Source: Phoronis australis
Lineage: Eukaryota > Animalia > Phoronida
NCBI GenBank assembly: GCA_002633005.1
Contig: NMRA01000053.1
Coordinates: 124,001-188,000 of the forward strand
Length of the DNA stretch: 64,000 nt
Direction of reading: 5' to 3'
Shown here: positions 23,176-35,259 of the stretch, piece after piece
Layout of the letters: each line of letters opens with the position of its first letter
Position numbering within the stretch: the stretch's first letter is position 1
Position numbers and translations under genes: made by a program
The notes under the pieces: generated by a model
What the model was told of the DNA's origin: nothing
The model's input: only the letters and a program-made list of their open reading frames with translations
Database searches by the model: none

Positions 23176-26100
23176 CATATGCTTTGATTGCAACCCCAGG
23201 CTGCCAAATGGATGTATGTGCTGGAGCTGAAGACGGGCTTTACAGTTCTGTTCGACTTTATGTGGAGGTTAATGAGTGCATGCCAAGTGTATGCAACCCC
23301 ATGCTTCTCCGTGCTTTAGTTTATAGAAAATGCAGTTATTTATGAGTCTGTGTCAAGAATTTGTCACTTGAGTCTTAAAATTTGTCGCTCAAACTTGTGC
23401 ATCTTCTTTGACATGAAGTGAGCTCCAGCAGTCGTGAACTGTATTACAGTGATGAGGTTGTTTGCTCATAAACCTTGCAATGTTGGTATATTTAGTGGGA
23501 CTGGTAGTTTGCAAGATAGCCATGTATTACGAACAGAGCACTTGAACTCACTACCATTCGTTTACAAGTGACTGGTTATTAAATTCACCCCCAAGTCAAC
23601 ATTCTGAAGACAAGTTTTCCAGCATTTTCTAATTTGGGTGATGAGATCCTGTCAGTAATTAAACCTGAAAGATTAGTGCTGTGTACCTGTTGCAATCTTG
23701 TCTCTTAGGCGTGACAAAAATTGTGTTGTGGTTGTCTGGTCAATAATTCAATGGAGTGGCTCCGTAACTGGTGTCGCATTGTTGTTTCATGGATGAAACT
23801 AATTAATTACACCTTTGTCATTGATGTTATGAACCTCTGTTCCATTTTCTGGTGGTATGGTGAATTGATGTTGGGACGAGTATCCTTTCATTTTAAACTG
23901 GTGCTAATAATTTTATTGTATTTCGAATGTGGTTTACCTCGTCCGATTGTATTGTTGCATGCTTAGATGGGATTGGCTTGGAGATCTTGTTGCGTGTGTT
24001 CAGAAACTACTAATCGCAGAGGTGGGTATATAACCCTCAGCATGGGCCACATAACACTTACCATGGCAAGAAACCTTTGCCACAGGATCGAAAGTGCCAC
24101 TCTTTATTCACAAAATACCATGCACTGTAAGAAGTCTTTCCATGCACAAAAAACAAAATGCATGGACCTTTAACTGCAACCACCAACAGGCACTCTTACT
24201 GTATAGCATGGGATTTTTGGTAAGAGTTTGTTGTATGTATTAAGACTTCTTGTGGTGTGTGGTGTTCTGTGGAGTGTAGTAAGGTTCTGCCGCCTGTGCT
24301 GTTGGTTTATCTACTACCCCCTGCAGCAGTCTTACCTTTCCATGACCTGTCGTATCTCTGGGTTTATCTCAAAACAGTAGGTAGTGTATCTGGGATTATA
24401 CCTAACAAGGCTACAGGTGGAGCTGGTGCACACTCGCGCACTTTGAAGTAGAGACAGTTACTTTGGAGTCGAGGTCTCCCAACACCCTCAAGTGAAAGAG
24501 GGAGCACCTCCCATGGTATTCTTCTCTTCACTGGTTGTACAATATCATGCCACTATATAACGTCAACTAGTGAACAAAAGCCATAATTTCTGTCCTCTAT
24601 ATGGTGGATATATTTCTGCATAAGAATCCTAAATCAGGGTCATGTTTTGGTAGTGATGTTTTTGAAGAGAAAATCTGTCATAGGATTAATCGTACTGAGG
24701 GAAAGGCCAGAGTAGAGTAGAATCAGAAATGTTTGAATTGGCTAAGTAAAATATCCCTCACCCTTGGGTATCTTCATCCTTGTGGCCTTTGGCATTACAC
24801 AGTACTCCTTTCACAAACCAAAGTGTCACCTAGTCACATGGCATTGTCTACATATCGCCAGGTGACGTCGCCGTTGCTTCACAGTAGCCTAATCCCACTT
24901 GATGAACCTGTCATTTTGTGACTGTTTTCCAAGCTCTGAAATTGGTTTCATGTGTACTGTCCAGTAATTTAATGTTCAGTTTGGCTGATCAGCATGTTCA
25001 ACTATGTAAGTGTGAATGCACATACAGAATCTCAGTATGGCTTGGTGTTTTCATTTGATCACGAATTATGTTAGTAATTTTTTTAAGGAACTAGGGATTT
25101 GTGGAGTTCAGTTAGACTTGCACTGCTTAGCAGTTTGTTTTATTGTCACTGTCGTTTTGTATGTTTTCGGTATTCAATATTGATAGGATGTTTTACAGGT
25201 AGATGGATTTTATGGCTGTTTCATGGGTGTATGGTCTGGGTAATCATGTTACCTGTCACAGTCGTAGGTAAATAACAGATTCTGCACTTGGAATTCTAGG
25301 AGAAATTGGAGGTTTTTGTGTCTTATTGTTGGCTATCTTAGCAACCATGTGTCGTAAAACAATGATTCGTTGTCTAACTGGCCGTGGGAAAAGTACGTGC
25401 TAATGAGCGCATTTACATATCTTGTACTATTTAATGTTGATTAGCGCATCATTATTTTCCACAAAGTTTCTGGCAATGAAACTTTTAAAAATATTTTTCA
25501 ATTTTTCTTCGTGAACACATCTGTTGTTTCAATGTATTTGCGAATCTTGGTCAACAATGTTGTAATTTCTATACCGGAAATTTGTCAACATTTGGAAACA
25601 TGACTCCAGAGATTAGAGTGTGAACAAAAAACCGGTGTTGATTTTTTGCCATTGTCACAGCTTATCCATTTTTTAATTCTGTTTATGTTGTTCATTTTTC
25701 TTCAGTTGCTTGACGTGCTCTTTTGAATTATTGTATGCATGGGGTGTGAATTTTATCCTCGTTACCCGCAGAGGGCACAAAGTCTACACGATATTGTTGG
25801 CAAAGCATGTTGAATATTGAATTATGTTACCAATTATTGTATATGCTTAGATGTAAAATATTCTTGCAAAGAACTCAATGAAAATGTCTAATTTATCAAT
25901 GTCAGTATGTGGTAGCCCAAGTTGTATCACTGTAAGGTCTTTGCAACTGAAAATATATTTTCTTAAAAAGAAGCTTGTGTTGATATTTAAAGTGGCTAAC
26001 TCTCGTTTATTCAAATCTTTTAACACCTTCACAAACTTGTTTTGGAATGTCCAAGCATGCCTGAACACCTCGATGAATGGGTTGTGGATGGGGGAGGGGC

Positions 26101-27916
26101 AGGCAGCATTGACCAAAACATGCCTCGACTACAACACCATACAAGGGGTTGTCATTACTGAAACAGAAGGATTAGGGATTTAATAGATTCACACTTTCGC
26201 ACCGTTTTGAAGATCGTGAATTGCAGTGTAACCTACAACTGCCAAACGGCATGTTGTGGGAATTGTCATCTCATGAGTCTGCTCAAAAATAGTTAAGCAA
26301 CGAGGTTATTTATGAGTGAGGGAAGCAGAAGTTATCAAAAGCAGAACTGGTGGCTAGGCACTGCTTTTGATGCCAGATATTACAAGATAATGTCGCGCTT
26401 TGCTCATCTCAAAATACCGTATGTGGTAACATGGAGATAACCTGGCTGGGCCTGAGTAACATAATACATATATAAGTGTTGGCTTAGTAAGTAAATGGCC
26501 TTCAAGTAGCAAAGTGGCAACTGATCACAAAGGACAGGATACAGGAGGACGAGCAAGTAATTTATTTTCTGTTTAAAACTCACCAAATGCACTGTGAAAG
26601 GGTCATTCTGCAAAGTTAAAATGTTCCCAATGCCACCTACTGCTAACAAGTAGGTCCCCAGGTACAGCCTGGAGGTGACAAGTCACCGGTGTCACATGCT
26701 CAGCCCCTATTCCTTAAAGTGTCCCCTTATTCAGTGAACACTTCCCAAGACGATCCACCTCACTGGTTTTCTCATATTCATTCGTAACATACATGTATAC
26801 AGATGGATCTACACAATTCTGAAGACCTAATTGGTACATAGTATGCTCACATTCATTTAGTCATGAAATTGAGGCGATAAATCTCGCAATATATTTTCCA
26901 AGTAGTATTCAACTTTGCCCAGCTTTTAGAATTACTGTTAAATCACCAGTCTTAAAAACAAGTCCAAAAATTTCAGCTCCTGCATCCGAAGGCTTGACTT
27001 CATTGTTCCTACAAGATTCCGTAGCTTGATTACAGTTGGAGGTGATTTCTTGGTTCAAAGAGAACCAAGAAAAAAAATTGACAGGAGAGCTTACTCCTTG
27101 AAATAAGCATAGAATACTAGTTCCAATGACAAAATTTCAAGCCAAAATAATATTCAGCATCAAGACTCTATTCACAAACTGTGAAAACGTTACAGCCGAA
27201 AATAGTACTTATAGTTTATCTACAAATTGTATAAACATACGCGTATCTACAAATATACTGAGCATTTGAGCGAGTGTCCATTAAAATTGGAAAACGACAA
27301 CACTGCCAATCTTGTGTACAAGAGGTACAGCTGCCAGAATACTGAAATAACAACCTACAAATAATTTACCACATTATTTTTATTCTTAATGAACACAAAA
27401 CATTACTAAATCACAGCATCCACATTAATAACATAACACCTTGTTGATAGCATGTTCTCAAATATCAGGATCCACTTGTCAAAGTGAGGTGCCCAGAGTA
27501 GTAACCTTGCACTCTCCATTACGAGACACTCAGCTTCCGCACTGACTCCGACATTCCACTGAGTACACAATTACTCCTAAAATGACTATCAAAATAGGCA
27601 CCAACATATTACCAATTACTTACAATGCCATGTTCCCTTCACAAAGTCCTGTAAAGCACAGAAATTCAATTCCAGCGTTCTTTCTGTTACTGATCTTGGC
27701 TATGCCCAGAGACTTAAAGCTGTATTTTGACATTGATCAAACAAAGTAGCACAACCTTACCACACAGCTTTGTAAGAGTTACATGAAAATCAGACTTATG
27801 CATGTCCAGCTTCTACATGCTCGACTTTTGAGAATTGTATTATTGTCCACTGTAGGTGCTACTTTCACAATACAGAATCCACTATCACAAACAAAATGTC
27901 TGTAACACCTGTGTCG

Positions 27917-28041
27917 TCACGTCTGCAGGGTCTCTGCTGCCATCTGTTGCCTCATCAGTTCAGCCTCACGTTCCGTCTGCTTGGCCCTTATCTGCTCTTC
28001 TTCCCACAGTCGCAGACGTTCTTTCTGTAGCGGCCGTATAA
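27917..28041 (-). CDS. Probable terminal coding exon of a small minus-strand gene (..IRPLQKERLRLWEEEQIRAKQTEREAELMRQQMAAETLQT*)
   Basis: Acceptor TTTCTATTATTTCAATTGCTGTTAG|TT; GC-richer, charged helix-like frame to TGA; AATAAA on the minus strand at 27384-27379. Confidence 0.55.
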
Positions 28042-28789
28042 CTAACAGCAATTGAAATAATAGAAAATGTGTTTGCTTCAAACTAGGTCATAAACCATGT
28101 TCTGGGCTCGGGGTCCAATCTTAGTGCTCGAAATCAAAATTATTTTTAACATTTTTGTTCAATCTATTTTTTCGTAAACTGAAGATCAGTGTCTATAATA
28201 CTGTGCTCGAGTGCATTACGTTTTTCGAGCATGACCGTCTTAATTCTGGATTGCACCTGATGACCATAGCATTAAAATTGAAGGTTATGTCTTAATTCGA
28301 AATATCAAGATTTTACTCAATCTTGAGTTGTTATAAGTGTTTGCAGCTGAAGTCTAAGGGTTATCAAGTACTATCTTTGATTATACAATTATCGGCACAA
28401 ACCATATTAAGCAGACATCGTAATAAATTAGATTGGAAAATGTAGAAAAAAAGTTTTTTGATTTGGAGTACAAAGATTAGACCCCAGGCTTTGGAGTTAA
28501 AAACAGCAACTTTCTTTATATAGCCGACGAACCGCCATGAGAGGCCTACCACAAAATCGGGGTCATGGTGAAGTTGTTAGGATCTTTACAAGTGAATGAC
28601 TTTTGTGAACAATCTGGACAAATGCACAATGGCTTTCAAGCCACAATATTAACAAGGCAACCACAGACAGCAGTATCCTCCCAGATGCTTTGTAGGAGAA
28701 GAACCTTTCCCTTCATGCATGCATGAAAATCAAGAATGGGCCATAATTCAAGAAAATATGGTCATATCGTAAAATGCTGTTAACACGCA

Positions 28790-29070
28790 CTAAGAGACTT
28801 CATGATAATACACTCACTGAACTTTGATTGACATCTGGTAAGAAATGTAGGGGTTGCGCATAGAAGAATGAAGAAGATGAGTGAATCGCAAAATGCTGAA
28901 AATATGCACTATGGTACCTTGTAAGTATAGTTCTTTGAAAGTTTGGTTCACGTATCACGGAAAATGTAGTGGGAGTTGAACACCGAGTATTTTTCTGCCT
29001 GCACGGACAGACAGATTGACGGAATGACGCCTTCCGCAACTACATCCCCTTCACCTTCCGGGGACAATAA
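28790..29070 (-). mobile_element. Short HINE-like element
   Basis: The reverse complement starts TTATTGTCCCC...GGGGA followed by TCTGTCTGTCCGT, the DINE-1/HINE layout. Confidence 0.55.
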
Positions 29071-30280
29071 GATCTAGCGTGTCTTACAGCATTGTAGGTA
29101 AACAACAAAATAACACATAGCATTGGAAGATATAGTCAGACTCGTGTCTAGCATGAAAAAGTGAGCTAACGTGGTCTTAAAACAAAAAAAAATTCACTCA
29201 CAGTATTACTGTGATATTGATGTGATTAGTTTTGTTCAGTAGTAGTCCTAGTCAGTACATTAAAATCACAAGTCATGACACCTGGCCAAAGGTAATTTGT
29301 TCATGGTGATTACATAAGATAATTACACAGAGGTAAGTTAATACCAAATTTCAGAGTTCGTTCTCATGAGCATCGGAGCTTATGACTGGCATATTTGCTC
29401 TTTTAGAACAACGTTATTGCGTTCTGATCCTTCGTTTGATTTGGTCGTCTAGAATTCCCAACAGGCCTACTGCTTTGTTGACTGAAAGTAAACTGCTGTG
29501 ACAAGCAACTTAAGGCACCTGGTCTGAAGCAATAAGGACATGTCATTTCTTTTCAACCCCAGGGATCATGTCTAATGTGAGTAAGGAATTTGACGAGTCC
29601 AGTTTTACAACAGAAAGTGGCCTAAAGATAAAGTGAGTTTTTGCCCATTTAAGACTAGCAGTCGGCGGTGTGAATTTCAGCACTTAAAGCTATATGGGAA
29701 TGTTGATAAACATTTTAATTATTGTGGAGCAGAGGAATTCAGATTTTTAGCACACCTTGTTCTCTGGCAACTAAGTTTCTCTGCCACAAAGCTTTTTTTT
29801 CCACTGATTGCACTATCTTTGGCATTGAGCAGTTTTGTGTCACCTCAAACCAAGGAATGAGGCCTATCATGTCTCATTCAGCCAACAAAAACTACTGGTA
29901 TTAATACACAGTTTTTGGAGCTACATTTGAATAAGTCAAATTATGGACATATATGAAAAATGAATTATCAATATCTGCAATTCTGTCAAAATATCACTAT
30001 GTCCAGTATGAATATCACACATGTTAATTTCTTTCTTCTGATAAAACATACGTCACGTTTTGTAAAAATTCGTAAACGTTGTAGAGCTCTGTTAAAATTA
30101 AGTCTAGCAAAATTTCCAGTTCAATCAATTACCCGTAAAATATCTGTGTACTCTCCATGCACATAAACCACTTCCTATGAGGGTTAGCCCCAGCAAGGCA
30201 GAAACTGTGGTCTTGTGTAGCGTGTCAAAAAGCTTGATCCGAGATAACCGCTTACTAGACATCTTCAGTATATGCCTTAC

Positions 30281-30296
30281 CAGTCACCACATACAA
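30281..30296 (-). other. Candidate 16-nt microexon (LYVVT-) of the small minus-strand gene
   Basis: TCTTTATTCACATCTCTTGCAG|TTGTATGTGGTGACTG|GTAAGG; phase 0 to 1, joins the 28041 exon to give YVVTVIRPLQ. Confidence 0.35.
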
Positions 30297-30627
30297 CTGC
30301 AAGAGATGTGAATAAAGATGTCAGAATTTGTAGATATGACGTCATGACCCCTGGCGCAAGCAGTGTGAAAATGACCAGTTTCCAATTCGAACGACTGAAT
30401 AAAGGACTGCTTGAAAAAAGGTTTGATTGCGGCGGTAGTTGTTCAAGCTGTGAAGAGTTAAAGACTTCAACAGCCTCCTAAGGTGCCCCTCTATGTGCAT
30501 AAGGTAGTAATAGTAACAAGACTTTTATGGTTTAATCAGTGAGAGGTATAGTTCGCCGAAAAGCTTCTGGTGTGTGGAGGGGCTATGGGATAACCACTGT
30601 CTCTACTGTGACCAGTTTTATGGTTGG

Positions 30628-31570
30628 TAAGTAAGTAGGTAAGTAAAATGTTTATTTTACATTGGTACAAGAAAATACAAAACAAGAAAAACATTAGCGG
30701 AAGTGATATACGTACAATGAAACATCTTCACTTATCTAAAGACATAAATATACATGAAGTGCAGTTCTGATAGGTATATTGTTTACTGCTTATACGAGAT
30801 CAAAGGTTATGGGGCTGACACTCAAATCGAATATCCCACTAGGAACAGAGCAGCTTCATATGTACCCTCAGTCCTTTCATTCACCGACACCGAGTCGCCA
30901 TAATATTTTGTCAATAACGTGTACATGATAGAAAGATGCGGTGGAAAACGAAGCCAAAACATAGTTTTGATCCTGAGAGATTTGTGTGTCTGCATACATA
31001 CGACTGTTAAGATCAAATTCTATGCATTGACTCATGCCTCTGTGACTTTGTGTTCACAAACACACCAAATTGTGTATCTATTTCGTACTTGGGTTTCATA
31101 TCAGTCTCCCAGCGCAAGGTGTGTCAAAAAATGAACTGTTGATTTCCTTTAAAGTGTATCACTATGCACTAGCTTGACCCATTTAATAGCGTATGTTGGC
31201 TCTTCCTGTGACGCAATTGCCTTGGTTAAAATTAAACGTTTTTGTGATAATTAACTTAATTACGCACTGCAAATTTACATGACAATGCGCGTGAATGTTG
31301 AAATAATGAATATGGCTAAGGGGTGTATACTTAAATTGACAGAGTTTGCCTTAGATAACAAAACAATGCTGGATACAATAATGAAAGACAAACCTTAGTT
31401 AAGGTGCAGTATTGGATTTTCTCTATTTTTCTACTCCTCTGGATACCACCCAAGTGCCAAACTAAGAGACAATAGTTAAAAAACGGCATAACAAAGGCAA
31501 AATATTGTTTCAACTTGGTGTCAAAGTCTAACAAATGACGAAGTCTAAAAATGACTGACATTACATACTT
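30628..31570 (-). mobile_element. Decayed CR1/L2-type LINE 3' remnant
   Basis: Minus strand VIFRLRHLLDFDTKLKQYFAFVMPFFNYCLLVWH...KIEKIQ (post-RT region of CR1/L2 ORF2); ends AATAAACATT(TTAC)n at ~30658-30628. Confidence 0.65.
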
Positions 31571-31667
31571 GGAAGTTGGAGTTGGACATCTACGAGTCAT
31601 TGGATAATGGATTGGAATACCAATAATTGAGAGGACATAATACGAATGAAAACTGGAATCTGGCCCG

Positions 31668-31732
31668 TATTGGAATATTCCGACTGGGAGTGGATTACGC
31701 CGTAATCCGCTCCAAATCGGAATATACCAATA
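31668..31732. repeat. 65-nt near-perfect palindrome
   Basis: TATTGGAATATTCCGACTGGGAGTGGATTACG-C-CGTAATCCGCTCCAAATCGGAATATACCAATA; 32-nt arms, 4 mismatches. Confidence 0.9.
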
Positions 31733-31863
31733 AGTCTAACAAGAGCCGAAACAAATGAGATTGCGAATCACGGAGCTGACGTCCCAAGCGGATATTTAGT
31801 AGCCTAATCGCGACAACCTGTCCCGTTACGTTAGAAGCTGCGACATGTGCTGCAAAAACTTAC

Positions 31864-32010
31864 ACAAGATGCTCTTTTGGAAGTTCTCGTGTAATGACCA
31901 GCGTTCTTTGGAAACCTTTCGATGAGAACACCAGTCACACAAAACACGTTCACTCAGCTAAGGAGCACCGGATCCACGGAAATGCGCTGAGAACTACTAG
32001 CGCTTCTAGC
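31864..32010 (-). other. Candidate ATG-free first exon of the small minus-strand gene (start approximate)
   Basis: Donor CTTGT|GTAAGT at 31863; CpG-richer surroundings at 31.7-32.5 kb. Confidence 0.35.
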
Positions 32011-33960
32011 GGATGAATGTGCGGACTTGCGACACGGTCAGTTTGTCTTGCTGTGTGGACTCGAAATCCTGCTTAATCTCAAGATCGCGTATGCGTGAAC
32101 TTGGAATTGAATATTCACTAAGTCAATCAAGTGAAATGTTTTGTTCATTGTAAAGATTTTTTGCAGTTATTGGCCTCACGATCACCCGCTTTCTCCTTAA
32201 CTGAAATCGGAGGAATCATATGTGTCGAAATGGTCAATGAATAATTTTTTGTTCGGTGTATAAAATCACCATTAATTAGTTGAAAGAGGTTCGTTAAAAT
32301 TTACACTGTTTTATGAACATGTAGTTTGCTTTAGTGCAGTGCAAATTTTTATCAACATGAAAGTGATTGTTTGGGTGAACATTCCAAGTTCACGCAAAAA
32401 ATCCCCACTAATTTTTGTGACGAACAGCGACAGTCTACCGATCTTCGTCTCACGGGCCCTTAACACGAGGGCAGTACTTTCGAGAGGCCGGGTCTCCTAT
32501 ATGTTTCTCTTGTTTCCGGTAAAGAATTTGCGAGCGGACATGCTTTTGGAACTTGACTGGCTGTTTTGATTTCGTTGCCATGTTTTACATGATTATGAAT
32601 CTACGAAAATTGACTGATTCTGTAGATATGTTTTGACTATTAGAATTTCATCTTCTAAGAATTGGTGATGCAGTCCTGCATGTCCGTGTGTATTGGGGAA
32701 AATCTTTATTATCCCAAAAAAGCAAAGCACGTGAACGATTTTTGCCTATTTTTTAATCCACAAAGATATTGTTGACATTCAAGGGCTGTTCTAAAGACAA
32801 CTTCAAATGACAATAAATGCATTGTGACTTAAGAACAAGATTAGTGGTTTAAATTCACAAACAGGAGAATAAAGTCTTTAAATCCTATTAAAACCATTCG
32901 TTATTAAGTTGAGAAGATTGATTGTCTTCTGCACCCCCTTGATGTTTTTTTTTTGTTTCTAGTAGAATTGAGCAATACATTTTCGTATTACAAAACCAAG
33001 TCTCTCGTTTGCCATTCCCGTGCATACAGAGCACGTGATGATTATCCCTCCCACCTTTAACGCAAGATGAAACCAATATAGCAGGCCCGGGCACAGAATC
33101 TGATCCACTGGGAAACTCCCAGCCTTATAGTGAAGTGTGAGTACCTTGGGAAACCCTGTGTAGGCCTATCGTTCGGCCAACTACCAAAAACTGGGTTACC
33201 ATATTTTAACAAGGCGCTTTCTGGGTTATGTATATTCATTGTATTCTGAAGATTTCGTAATAAACATTAAAAAAAAATTTAACAAGGGACTTTGAAACAG
33301 ACTCAACGGTAGTGCACCAGGGATCCCGAACCTCCTCCTTTGAAAACTACACTCAAAGCATAACCCTAATCATGAAAAGGAACTTTCCCCAAACTGAACC
33401 GAATTAAAATGAATCCTGACATTAGGATTAGTATAGCGCAGACGGGCAGGTACGACCCGGCCGAGTTATCAGCCCACTGTTATACTTCACTTGAAGCAGA
33501 CACCACAGCTCCCAGCCTTCAGATCTCTTTCTCACCCTCCGCCGCGGTGGCATTTTGTGGAAACACATATGGTTAGTCAAGCTCTGATGGCTGCCAACTC
33601 CGGAGAGGAGGCGGAGCGGTGATGGTAATAGGAAGGGGGGCGGGNGATTGGTTTCTGCCACCTCTCAACAATTTTTTCCCTCCTACGGGCCTGTATGCAT
33701 TTTTACATTTTTTGGATTCATAAGTTCTGTGCATTTGATATATCCATTTATCCGTTCCATGTTATGAATAGTTAGGTGCACTTTGACGTGACAAGTGATT
33801 TTTGTTAAGTTTTACGGATTCGCATTTTGCACTCATTTATTTGTTACATTTCACAATGTAATAACTTGTGTCATTTTGTAACTACATAACATTCATTTTA
33901 CGGAATCAAAAGTTCACGGAACTGAACAGGTGTATCATTTCATTCAAAGGTTCATTTAGT

Positions 33961-34200
33961 CAGAGGCGGATCTACAGGGGGTTCAGGGGGTTCAAACCCC
34001 CCACCCTCGGGACAGGATCAAAAATAAAAAATGAAATAAATTTCGCCAGAAAAATGAAATCAGCTGCTAAAATCACAAAAAAATGTTACATGGGAGTCGG
34101 GAAACCCCCTCCCGACTTTTCTTCCGCTCGGCGCTACGCGCCTCGGATTCAGTTCACTCGAATCCTAAACCCCCTTACTGAAAACGTAGATCAGCAAGTG
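33961..34200. mobile_element. hAT-like MITE, 240 bp, with 6-bp TSD
   Basis: Termini CAGAGGCGGATCTAC / GTAGATCAGCAAGTG; GGGGGTTC subterminal repeats; TTTAGT on both flanks (33955-33960, 34201-34206). Confidence 0.75.
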
Positions 34201-35142
34201 TTTAGTCGTCACATTTCATAAGTTCAACAATTCTACGACACAAAATATAGCATTTAAAGAGTTCTTTTCATTTTTGGTTTGTATGATTTCAATAAATCGT
34301 GGTATAATGAGGACTTATAAATTCGTCACAATTCACAATTTCCAGATTGATTTTAAGTTGATTATCGTTTTTTTATTAAAAAGATACCAAACCCGGTTTT
34401 GGCTTATTATCAGATACTAAAAACGACTTTTCAATCCAGTTCTCTGAAACAAAATAATGCCCTGTAATCCTCGACAACCTTCAGAAGTTTGGAGGAAAGT
34501 TTTAAAACTCCTTTCAAAGAGTGCTAAACGGGCAAGCGTGACCTACAGTTGTAGCGAATTACACCGGCAACGCTGGGAAAAGACCACCGACCAAGGACCA
34601 AGGTGTCCAATCTGTGGCATACGGAGTATGAGTTTTCAGTTGATTCCTGCCTTTAACTTGCTAGATTGACGTCAATGATGCATTAGCAGGCGACAGAGCG
34701 AGGATTGGTTGAAATCATCAAAAGGTTTTAATATTCTTTTAGTTTACATACGCATTCTTTTACATGCTTTGCGTTTTACTGCCAACACGTCGCAGAACAG
34801 GCTCTCCAGGATGTAACACACCTGTACAAGACTGTGTTTCGTTGCTTTACAAAATGGGCACAACTGAAAAGCTACACTGCCGCACTTCACTCATGGTACT
34901 AAAGAAATGATGGATCGTCGGGAACGGTTTCCAGAAACTGATAATTAAACATTTGTTTGTTTTGATATTCTTTGACTTTGGCAATTTTTGGCAAAAGTCC
35001 CCGAGACCAACACTTTGTGTTAAAATACACGTACCTTCCACGAGAAATGGGGATCACTAGAACTTGAACCCAGAACCTCGCGTTGATTGTTACGGTGACC
35101 CAGGGTTCACAGTTCAGCGTGGAAAACTTGGGGAACTAGCAA

Positions 35143-35259
35143 TCACTAGGTGGCGCTAGCCAAACACACTAAGCGCAAAGACGCTTAGTAATAAGCTCTC
35201 TACCATGTCTATGGTCTCTGCTAAGCTAAAGCGTACGCTTTTGACGTCATAAAATGGCG
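35143..35259 (+). promoter_or_regulatory. CTCF-like, CRE and YY1-like motif cluster
   Basis: TCACTAGGTGGCGCTA (35143-35158), TGACGTCA (35242-35249), AAAATGGCG (35251-35259). Confidence 0.4.

Noticed and set aside
23176-26000. Short ORFs in the region downstream of INO80D
   Set aside because: TG/T-rich composition typical of a long 3' UTR; no coding signal; polyA site not determinable.
28549-28612. 64-nt minus-strand exon candidate between the microexon and terminal exon
   Set aside because: Including it either introduces a stop or shifts the terminal exon into its less plausible frame.
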